Of a stretch of DNA of 64,000 bases, positions 45,393-53,463 are shown one piece after another. This stretch comes from Bacillota bacterium (GTDB taxonomy: Bacteria; Bacillota; UBA4882; UBA10575). A program made the position numbers and the translations under genes. Each line of letters starts with the position of its first letter. Position 1 is the first letter of the stretch. Under the pieces are notes generated by a model, which saw only the letters and a program-made list of their open reading frames with translations, had not been told where the DNA came from and did no database searches. The stretch spans positions 5,269 to 69,268 of the forward strand of contig JAAYGU010000104.1 of NCBI GenBank assembly GCA_012727535.1, read 5' to 3'.

Positions 45393-48300
45393 ATGAATAT
45401 GCCAACTTTCTCGGTTAAACGGCCGGTGACAACACTAATGATTTTTCTGTTGATCATGGTCTTGGGGGTGGTCTCCCTTTTCCGTTTAAAAGTTGAACTT
45501 ATGCCGAAAATGACCTTTCCCGTCGCTTCGGTTTTTACCACTTACGAAGGGGTAGGACCCCAGGAGATTGAAAACTTGGTGACCAGACCACTGGAGGGAG
45601 TCTTGGGGACAGTCGCCAATGTTGAGCGGATTACCACCTATTCCTCCGCTGGTCAATCAATCGCGATTTTAGAATTTAATTGGGGCACCGATATGGATTT
45701 CGCCCTGTTGGATGTGCGGGAAAAGATTGATCTGATCAAGGGTTATTTTCCGGATGGGGTAGAAAGCCCGGTGGTCTTCAAGTTTGATTCTGCGATGATG
45801 CCCATCGTTAATCTGGCGGTCAGCGGCGAGGCTGACCTTGTAACTTTAAAGAAAATTGCGGATGAAGAGGTCAAACCCGCGCTGGAACGGTTGAGCGGCA
45901 TAGCTTCCGTAGACGTATCCGGTGGATTGGTGCCGATTATCAAGATTGAGGTTGACCCGGTCAAACTGCATGCTTATGGGTTGACTCTGCAAAATATCTC
46001 CCAGATTCTCCAGGCGGAGAACCTGAATCTGCCCGGGGGAACTGTTCAGTCCGGTAATCTTGAATTGATCGTGCGCACTACCGGTGAATTTGAGCGGATC
46101 GAACAGATCGAAAATTTGAATATTGCTTCTTCCCGCGGCGGTCTGGTCAAATTAAAGGAAGTGGCCCGTGTTTTTCCGACTTACAAAGAACGCAGCGGTT
46201 ATGTGCTGCTTAACGGTCAACCGGCGGTCGGGATTTCGATTCAGAAGGAGACCGATGCCAATACCGTTGATACGGCCAAACGGGTCGTCCGTGAGCTGGA
46301 GAAGCTGAAGGGCGAGTTGCCGTCCACCGTCAAACTGGATGTGGTGATGAATCAAGCGGATTTTATCCAACATGCAATCCGTGAATTGAGAAACAGTGCT
46401 TTACTCGGTGGTTTCCTCGCCGTTGCCATTCTCTACGTTTTTTTACGGAACATCTCCAGCACTTTAATCATTGGCTTGTCCATTCCCATCTCGATTATTA
46501 CCACTTTTGTCTTAATGTACTTTGCAAAGCTTGAATTGAACATGATGACCCTGGGCGGACTGGCGCTGGGCGTCGGGATGATGGTCGACAATGCGATTGT
46601 GGTCCTGGAGAACATCTTCCGTTTCCGGGATGAAGGGAATGAACTAGAGAAAGCGGCGGTGGAAGGCAGTACGGAGGTCGGGATGGCGATTACGGCTTCC
46701 ACTTTGACAACGATCGTCGTCTTCTTACCGGTGGTCTTTATGGGAGGGATGACGGCGCAGTTCTTTAAAGAGTTGGCATTAACGGTGACTATCTCACTGT
46801 TGGCGTCGCTCTTTGTCGCACAGACCCTGGTGCCGATGTTAAGTTCCAAGTTTCTCTATGTCAGGGCCAAAAAAGCCCAGCAGTCGGAGGCGGGCAAGAA
46901 GCAAGTTTTACTGGGCAATCAAGACCGGCTCGGCTGGTATAAAAAGTGGTTAGCCTGGGCTTTGCAGCACCGTAAAACCGTTATCTTTTTATCTCTCTTC
47001 TTATTTTTCTTTAGTTTCGTGATGGGTTTTCGGTTGGGGGCGGAATTTATTCCCCAAATGGATCAGGGGCTGATTTCAATTCAGATCCAGATGCCCAAGG
47101 GTACAGTGCTGCGTGAGACGGAACAGGTCGTTGGGCGAGTCGAGTCCGTTCTCTTTGCGCTTCCGGAGGTGAGTATGGTTGCGACCACGGTGGGCGGCGG
47201 GGGTTCGATGGGGATATCGTCGTCCGGCACTGACAAGGCTTCACTAACAATCTTGTTAGTCGATAAAGACAAGCGTGCGCGTAGTGCGGAGCAGGTGGCC
47301 GAATCGATCCGCTCCCAGATCGGCATCATCCCTGGAGCAGAGATTCAAGTTCAAGCGTCGACGATGTCTTTTTCTGGCGGAAAACCGATTAATATAAAAC
47401 TTAAAGGTCCGGATTTTGCGCGACTGGAAGCGATGGCGTCGGATCTGGTCACTTTGATCAGAGAAGTAGAAGGGACGCGCGAGGTGGAAACGAGCCTTGA
47501 TGAGGGACGTCCCGAACTTCAGGTGCAGATTGACCGGGAACGGGCGTCAGCATTGGGCTTAAACGCATATACGATTGCTTCCTATCTCCGCACGGCGATT
47601 GCGGGTTCAACAGCGACCACCTACAAGGTGGATGGGGAAGAGTATGACGTGGTGGTCAGTTTGGAAAAGAACGAAAAAGGAATTCCCGGACTTAGCCAAC
47701 TAATGATCCCAACCCCGTTTGGGTCACAGGTGCCTCTAAGTGAAGTGGCTGAGTTACGGGTGGTCGAAGGGCCGGTGACCATTACCCGGGAAGATCAGGA
47801 ACGGGTCATCTCGATTTCGGCGGCGTTAATTGGGCGTGACCTGAAAACTGCGACTGTCGAAATTAACCGCAAGCTTGAGGAATATCCGCTTCCGTCCGGG
47901 TATACGCTTAGCTTCGGCGGAGAAGTGGAAGAGATGTATAAAGCCTTCCAGGATCTGTTGCTGGCTCTGTTATTAGCGGTAATCTTTGTCTACATGATTA
48001 TGGCGGCCCAGTTCGAATCCTTGCTCCAGCCGTTGATTATCATGTTTACCGTACCGCTCGGCTTTATCGGTGTGGTTTGGGCGCTAGCCATCGGGAAACT
48101 CCCCGTTTCGGTGCCGGCCTTGGTCGGGCTGATCATGTTAGCCGGAATCGTGGTTAATAACGGGATTGTGTTGGTGGACTATACCAATATCCTAAGGAAG
48201 AAAGGCTACCAGACGGAAGAAGCTTTACTCTTGGCCGGGCCCACCCGTTTCCGTCCGATCATGATGACGGCGCTGACGACAATTCTCGGCTTAGTCCCGA

Positions 48301-48488
48301 TGGCAATTGGAAGCGGGGATGGGGCGGAGTTACAGGCGCCGATGGCAGTTGCCGTCATTGGTGGCTTAGTATTAGCGACGGTGCTGACGTTGATTGTCGT
48401 TCCTGTCTTTTACCTGAGTTTTGATTTAATCAGCCGCAAGCGTAAAGCACGGAGGGCGCAGAAGCTCCAGGCCAGTTACGAGGCATAG
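45393..48488 (+). CDS. RND (HAE1, AcrB-like) efflux transporter
   Basis: 1031 aa with a 12-TM architecture. N-terminus FSVKRPVTTLMIFLLIMVLG, plus the conserved segment GMMVDNAIVVLENI. Confidence 0.93.
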   Translation: MNMPTFSVKRPVTTLMIFLLIMVLGVVSLFRLKVELMPKMTFPVASVFTTYEGVGPQEIENLVTRPLEGVLGTVANVERITTYSSAGQSIAILEFNWGTDMDFALLDVREKIDLIKGYFPDGVESPVVFKFDSAMMPIVNLAVSGEADLVTLKKIADEEVKPALERLSGIASVDVSGGLVPIIKIEVDPVKLHAYGLTLQNISQILQAENLNLPGGTVQSGNLELIVRTTGEFERIEQIENLNIASSRGGLVKLKEVARVFPTYKERSGYVLLNGQPAVGISIQKETDANTVDTAKRVVRELEKLKGELPSTVKLDVVMNQADFIQHAIRELRNSALLGGFLAVAILYVFLRNISSTLIIGLSIPISIITTFVLMYFAKLELNMMTLGGLALGVGMMVDNAIVVLENIFRFRDEGNELEKAAVEGSTEVGMAITASTLTTIVVFLPVVFMGGMTAQFFKELALTVTISLLASLFVAQTLVPMLSSKFLYVRAKKAQQSEAGKKQVLLGNQDRLGWYKKWLAWALQHRKTVIFLSLFLFFFSFVMGFRLGAEFIPQMDQGLISIQIQMPKGTVLRETEQVVGRVESVLFALPEVSMVATTVGGGGSMGISSSGTDKASLTILLVDKDKRARSAEQVAESIRSQIGIIPGAEIQVQASTMSFSGGKPINIKLKGPDFARLEAMASDLVTLIREVEGTREVETSLDEGRPELQVQIDRERASALGLNAYTIASYLRTAIAGSTATTYKVDGEEYDVVVSLEKNEKGIPGLSQLMIPTPFGSQVPLSEVAELRVVEGPVTITREDQERVISISAALIGRDLKTATVEINRKLEEYPLPSGYTLSFGGEVEEMYKAFQDLLLALLLAVIFVYMIMAAQFESLLQPLIIMFTVPLGFIGVVWALAIGKLPVSVPALVGLIMLAGIVVNNGIVLVDYTNILRKKGYQTEEALLLAGPTRFRPIMMTALTTILGLVPMAIGSGDGAELQAPMAVAVIGGLVLATVLTLIVVPVFYLSFDLISRKRKARRAQKLQASYEA

Positions 48489-48679
48489 TCTCGCAGGTCA
48501 GAACAAACTTCTCTCAATCAGGGTTAGTTGTTCTACTCCACCAAGGGGGAACATGAAGCTGGCGTTAATGGAAATTGACCGCAATTAATCACCAGGATTT
48601 TATGGAATAATGGCGAACTTATGATCTAAGTCCGATGGGCGAACTTTGTCCCCGTTGGTATTAAAAAGGGAGGTAGATC

Positions 48680-49396
48680 ATGAGAAAGCTATGGTTGTTC
48701 CCCCTTATCCTTTTTATTCTTCTATTATTGGCGGGGGTTTGGCGTTGGGAAAAAGGGCCGTGCCAAGAACACGAAGATTTCCAGGTGCTCCATATGAAAG
48801 ATCAGTGGACCGGCCAAAACTGGTTTGTTGTATATGGTGGATTTGAAGATTTTCTTCCTGCCGCTGGTGGGCGCCCTTATCCTATGTATAGTGGCGAATG
48901 GATTCCCCATTTGACGCGGGTAGAATTTGAAGAACAGATGGATCTGATGCTTGCTCAGCCGGAGCATCAAAGTAAGTGGCAGGGGTATCAAACGCGCCTC
49001 AGGGAACTGGAGGAGGTTAAAAGCTCAAACCAAGCGGGTTATGAGCGTTACTTGGCATTAGCGGAGAGCAGTTCCCGGACTCAGGCCGAGGTTGATGAAG
49101 CGTTATTCCTCTCCTACCAGGCTTGGCTTGAAGCCGACCAGAAGCTTGAAGAGTCTACTTGGGAGTTGACTACATTCTATACAGAGCTGACCGAGGAGAT
49201 GGTGGCAGAATACAAAGCCGCCGCGGAACAAAGGAAACGGATTGCCACCTATGTTTGGTTAGGGCTCCTGCTCGTTACTTTCGTTTTTAGCCTTCACTAT
49301 TTTATTATGGAAATTAAGCGGTGGAAGCGGGTCAATGAAACCTATGAAATCGTGGAATATGTGACCAAAAACAACCGATTTACCACAGGACGGTAA
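48680..49396 (+). CDS. Hypothetical bitopic membrane protein with coiled-coil middle
   Basis: TM helices at the N- and C-termini, a good SD (AAGGGAGG), and no recognised domain. Confidence 0.4.
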   Translation: MRKLWLFPLILFILLLLAGVWRWEKGPCQEHEDFQVLHMKDQWTGQNWFVVYGGFEDFLPAAGGRPYPMYSGEWIPHLTRVEFEEQMDLMLAQPEHQSKWQGYQTRLRELEEVKSSNQAGYERYLALAESSSRTQAEVDEALFLSYQAWLEADQKLEESTWELTTFYTELTEEMVAEYKAAAEQRKRIATYVWLGLLLVTFVFSLHYFIMEIKRWKRVNETYEIVEYVTKNNRFTTGR

Positions 49397-49412
49397 AGAG
49401 TTTGCTCCTCAT

Positions 49413-49457
49413 AAACCTCCTTTTCGATGGGGACATTAGAGCAAAAGGAGGTTTTTT
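49413..49457 (+). terminator. Perfect 12-bp hairpin plus T-run whose 3' arm is the SD of the next gene
   Basis: AAACCTCCTTTT (49413-49424) pairs with AAAAGGAGGTTT (49443-49454), then TTTT. The next gene's ATG is at 49459. Confidence 0.7.
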
Positions 49458-49458
49458 G

Positions 49459-50508
49459 ATGGAGAAGATCAAGATTGGTGTGATTGGCACCGGATTAGCC
49501 TGGGAAAGATTGCATTATCCTGCTTTTCAAGAACTACCAGAGAAATATGAAATTGGGGCGGTTTGTGATCGCAACCGGGAAGCCGCGGAAGAATGGGGAC
49601 GACGGTTGGGACTCCACCTGGAGCAGGATGTTTATCAAGACTACCACCGAATGTTGGCACGGAAGGATCTCCACGCCGTTGATATTCTGGTTCCGATCCC
49701 TGATAACCACGAAGTCGCAGAGGCGGCAGCCCGTTCCGGCAAGCATATTATCCTGGAGAAACCATTAGGGGCAACCTATGAACAAGCGGTTGCGACTACA
49801 GAGCTTCCCGACCGGTATGGAATTAAGATGATGATTGCGGAGAATTACCGGTATAGCGAGGAGTTTAATCTTCTGCGCCGGTTGGTGCAAGAGAAGAAGA
49901 TCGGCGAGGCGATCTTCTTTATTTACCATAGTACTAGCTGTTTCCCCTGTGCAATGGATAAAGATACTTTTTCCGCTACCGAGTGGCGTCAACATCCGAA
50001 TTACCGAGGCGGAGATATCTTGGATGCGGCGATCCATGATGTAGCCGGATTGCGTCATGTCTTCGGCGGCATTAAACATCTGTCGGCGTTTGGGGTTCCA
50101 CAAAAGGATGATTTTAGCCCCTATGCCGTGATTACGACGAATATGGAGTTTCTGAACGGGGTCATCGGGACCTTTTCGTATTATCCGGCTGGTCAGGAGC
50201 GACAAAAGCCTTTAATCGGGTTCCGAATTTTTGGGACGAACGGAATGATTTATTTGGAGAACACCAATTGCGGAGTGGTGAATATCTTCTATAATGACGG
50301 CGGGCATGAGATGGTTGGGTTTACACCGCAGCGGGGTTACTATAATGAGTTGCTCAACTTTTACCATGCGCTGATCGGGACGGAGGAGATTGCGGTCACA
50401 CCGGACGTGGAGATTGGCGATTTCCGTACAATCTATGCGATTTTGCAGTCGATTACTGACCAGGATATTGTCAAGGTTGATCGCGCGCGCGAGTATGCCA
50501 TGGTGTAA
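49459..50508 (+). CDS. Gfo/Idh/MocA family oxidoreductase
   Basis: Rossmann N-terminus KIGVIGTGLAWERLHYPAF plus the EKP motif (ILEKPL). Confidence 0.85.
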   Translation: MEKIKIGVIGTGLAWERLHYPAFQELPEKYEIGAVCDRNREAAEEWGRRLGLHLEQDVYQDYHRMLARKDLHAVDILVPIPDNHEVAEAAARSGKHIILEKPLGATYEQAVATTELPDRYGIKMMIAENYRYSEEFNLLRRLVQEKKIGEAIFFIYHSTSCFPCAMDKDTFSATEWRQHPNYRGGDILDAAIHDVAGLRHVFGGIKHLSAFGVPQKDDFSPYAVITTNMEFLNGVIGTFSYYPAGQERQKPLIGFRIFGTNGMIYLENTNCGVVNIFYNDGGHEMVGFTPQRGYYNELLNFYHALIGTEEIAVTPDVEIGDFRTIYAILQSITDQDIVKVDRAREYAMV

Positions 50509-50526
50509 ATTGGAGCGGTGAGGAGA

Positions 50527-50795
50527 AGGCTAGAGCAAGTGGAGAGAGGATGAATTTGCCGGATGGTCGGCAGGCGGCGTGATCAGCGGCGCATAGCGTC
50601 GTTGCTCGGTGCGGGCGGTGCTCGATATGGCCGATTATTATCTGCGCTCCGTCCTCCCTCGCGCCTAGCTCTGCTTGCTGCTGACGCCGCGAGACGAATC
50701 TGTGGGTTAAGTTGACAACCATCCGGCAAGGGTGCTCCCTGGTGCGCTGGGGTGATAGCGCCCGGTTTGGGAATGAAGTTGGCAGTAAAATGTAA
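50527..50795 (+). repeat. Copy B of the recurrent structured intergenic element
   Basis: The 5' arm 50556-50573 pairs with the 3' arm 50711-50729 (12/12 for the outer part). The core is GCGGTGCTCGATAT...TATTATCTGCGCTCCGTCCTCCCT...CGCCGCGAGACGAATCTG. The tail hairpin lies at 50739-50765. Confidence 0.8.
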
Positions 50796-50901
50796 GGTTT
50801 ATTTAATAAATGTTCGGTGGGATTTTGTTCGTAAGTTCAAGATGGCGTATTGTACATAAAAGGACGTAATAATCGACGGGTGATAAAACAAGCAAGGTTT
50901 T

Positions 50902-50943
50902 GTGAAATCCATCGACGAGCTGCGAACTGCGAGTACGAGGAGG
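50902..50943 (+). promoter_or_regulatory. GAR-heptad leader module abutting the pepF SD
   Basis: GTGAAATCCATCGACGAGCTGCGAACTGCGAGTACGAGGAGG. GAG/GAA triplets at 50917, 50924, 50931, 50937 and 50940. Confidence 0.5.
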
Positions 50944-50951
50944 TTTTAAAG

Positions 50952-52751
50952 ATGGAGAAGAGGGAGAAAGTACTCCCCGGGAGGGAGGAGATCCCGGTTG
51001 CCTATCGCTGGCGGTTGGAGGATATTTATGCTTCCCTTGATGAGTGGGAAGCAGATCGGCAACGAGTGGAAGAACTAATCCGGGATTTTGAGTCCTACCA
51101 AAACAAGGTAGGTGAGTCGGCCCAAACTCTTCTGACGGCGTTGCAAATTAGAGACCAGTTAGGCCGGCTATTGGATAAAATGATCGTTTATGCCCGGATG
51201 AAAAGGGATGAAGATAACACCAACTCCCAGAGTCAAGCCTTAGCAGACCGGGCGCAGGCGATTGCTGTGCAGGTTCAGACTAAGGCCTCCTACTTTCTCC
51301 CCGAAGTGATGGCGATCCCCCAAGCCAGAATGGAGGCATATTTCCAGGAGGCACCAGGGCTCGAAACTTACCGCCACTTTTTTGCCGATCTGTTCCGGCG
51401 GAAAGAACATATTCTTTCCCCCGCAGAGGAACGGATCTTGGCTTTGAGCGGGGAAATCGGAGATAGTGGACAGAACATCTTTACCATGTTGAACAATGCA
51501 GATTTACGTTTCCCAGTCATCCATGATGAAGAGGGGAATGAAGTTGAGCTCACGCACGGGCGGTATTTACGTTTCCTGGAAAGCAAAAAACAAGCGGTGA
51601 GAAAGGAAGCTTTTTTCGGAATACACCGCACCTATCACCGGTACCGGAATACCCTAGCTGCTGCTTTAAATGCCGGAGTGAAGAGTAATGTCTTTTATGC
51701 GCGGGTGCGCCGGTACCCTTCGGCCTTAGAAGCGTCTTTGGATGATGATCATATTCAGGTCAAGGTTTACGAAAACCTGATTGCCGTTGTCCGGGAGCAC
51801 CTTCCGCTTTTACATGAATATTTGAAGGCCAAACAAAAGCTACTAGATCTGCCGGAGCTTCATCTCTATGATCTCTATGTTTCACCGGTGACCGGCTTTG
51901 AACTAAAGATCTCCTATGAAGAAGCTAAAAAGGGTGTGAAGGAAGGCTTACAACTGCTGGGGGAGGATTATGGTCGGCTGCTTGACCGGGCTTTCACTGA
52001 TGGATGGGTGGATGTTTATGAAAATAGAGGGAAAACCAGCGGTGCATACGCCTGGGGGTGTTATGATAGTCATCCTTACATCTTGCTTAACTTCCAAGGT
52101 GGGGCTAATGATCTCTTTACCCTCGCGCACGAATTAGGGCACGCCCTGCACAGCTACCTGTCCAACCAAGCCCAGGCCTACGTGAATGCGCATTACCCGA
52201 TCTTTCTTGCCGAGATTGCTTCGACTGTCAATGAGGTCCTACTAGTTTTACACCTGATTGAACGGGCGCAGTCCCGCGAAGAGAAGTTGTATTATCTCCA
52301 TCATTTTTTGGAACATTTCCGAGCGACGGTTTACCGGCAGACGATGTTTGCCGAGTATGAAAAAACCCTGCACGAACAGGTAGAAAAAGGGGAAGCCTTA
52401 ACCCCGGAGTGGTTGGAGGAAGAGTATTTTACTCTGGTGAAAACCTATCATGGCCCAGGAGTGACCTTGGACCAGGAAATTAAAGCGGAGTGGTCCAGAA
52501 TCCCGCATTTCTTTTACAATTTCTATGTGTATAAGTATGCGACCGGTTTCTGTTCGGCAGTAGCTTTGGTGCAAAAGTTTCGAGCAGAAGGGGCGTCAGC
52601 AGTCCAAAATTATCTGCAGCTACTGGCCGCGGGCGGTTCAGATTACCCCTTAGAGTTATTAAAGCGGGCCGGGGTGGATTTGTCCATTCCCGAGCCGCTG
52701 GTGGCGGCGATGACCTTGTTTAAGCAATTGGTTAGCGAGTTTACCGGGTGA
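50952..52751 (+). CDS. pepF: Oligoendopeptidase F (M3B)
   Basis: Zinc motif HELGHALH and the expected M3B length. ATG 50952 lies 8 nt after GAGGAGG. Confidence 0.9.
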   Translation: MEKREKVLPGREEIPVAYRWRLEDIYASLDEWEADRQRVEELIRDFESYQNKVGESAQTLLTALQIRDQLGRLLDKMIVYARMKRDEDNTNSQSQALADRAQAIAVQVQTKASYFLPEVMAIPQARMEAYFQEAPGLETYRHFFADLFRRKEHILSPAEERILALSGEIGDSGQNIFTMLNNADLRFPVIHDEEGNEVELTHGRYLRFLESKKQAVRKEAFFGIHRTYHRYRNTLAAALNAGVKSNVFYARVRRYPSALEASLDDDHIQVKVYENLIAVVREHLPLLHEYLKAKQKLLDLPELHLYDLYVSPVTGFELKISYEEAKKGVKEGLQLLGEDYGRLLDRAFTDGWVDVYENRGKTSGAYAWGCYDSHPYILLNFQGGANDLFTLAHELGHALHSYLSNQAQAYVNAHYPIFLAEIASTVNEVLLVLHLIERAQSREEKLYYLHHFLEHFRATVYRQTMFAEYEKTLHEQVEKGEALTPEWLEEEYFTLVKTYHGPGVTLDQEIKAEWSRIPHFFYNFYVYKYATGFCSAVALVQKFRAEGASAVQNYLQLLAAGGSDYPLELLKRAGVDLSIPEPLVAAMTLFKQLVSEFTG

Positions 52752-52787
52752 AGGCGCGAAAAAAGGGGTTTAAGGCTCAGTTTTTGT

Positions 52788-53240
52788 TCATCTTGGGGAG
52801 CGAGGTTCCTCACCAGGACTACTTAAAAGGATCGCCAGCGCCATTCCGTGCTGTGCTTCGTTGGCCCCGATTTTATAAAATAAACTCCGCAGGTACATAT
52901 CGGGAGCGGTGAGGAATTCATCACCATATTTGAGATAGTCATTACTCTCCGCTAAGATGCGTTGACGGAGTGCTTCCTGATAGGATTCGATTTGGGGGGG
53001 AGAAGCAGAAGGAACTTTCCCAGCTTTTCCAGTAATTTGACGGTAAACCGTGCGAAAATTAGCGGCGTGCCGGGCTTCATCTTTGGCGAATTTGGTAAGC
53101 AGTTCTTTCTCCCCGGGGGTAGGGGCTAAGGCGGCTAGTCGTTGATAAAAAAGGGAGGAGGAAGTTTCTTCTGCAATATACCCTAGTAATTTATCAGCCA
53201 TTTTTCGAAAATAGTAGTACCATTCGTTTATATTAATCAC
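52788..53240 (-). CDS. Ferritin-like/rubrerythrin-fold protein
   Basis: Paired ExxH-type motifs (DEARHAANF, NEAQHGMA). The start is uncertain because the listed GTG is itself part of the AGGAGGTG SD. Confidence 0.55.
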   Translation of the reverse strand: MININEWYYYFRKMADKLLGYIAEETSSSLFYQRLAALAPTPGEKELLTKFAKDEARHAANFRTVYRQITGKAGKVPSASPPQIESYQEALRQRILAESNDYLKYGDEFLTAPDMYLRSLFYKIGANEAQHGMALAILLSSPGEEPRSPR

Positions 53241-53463
53241 CTCCTAAATCTGCTTGAGCGGGAAACGTGGTTTTGGTAAAAGCCTATGATGTGGGGTGGA
53301 GAAAAATGTTCTTGTTCTTCCTTTTTTCTTCTGCTATAATAAAAAGGGTTAACGGTAACCAATTACCAATTACTGTATAAGATTGGACTGCGAAGACCGT
53401 CAAACGGGGGGCGGTCTTTGGTTATATGGAGCGAAAAAGTGAATAGTGGAGGTGTTTTTTTTA

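Noticed and set aside
48489-48545. A hairpin AGAACAAACT...AGTTGTTCT after the RND gene, considered as a terminator.
   Set aside because: The stem is imperfect and no T-run follows.
50551-50583. A 10-codon mini-ORF, ATG AAT TTG CCG ... TGA, preceded by GGAGAGAGG at the 5' arm of copy B.
   Set aside because: Copy C places the arm in a different frame and copy A has no ATG. It is therefore not a conserved leader peptide.
50471-50722. An 83-aa minus-strand ORF. Its relatives at 59921-60247 (-) and 6114-6344 (+) share the peptide GAREDGAQII..IEHR.
   Set aside because: The similarity comes from nucleotide identity of the repeat core. In copy A the same frame hits a stop (GCA CAA TAA). There is no SD, and the frame is not preserved across copies. 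These ORFs are by-products of the non-coding element.
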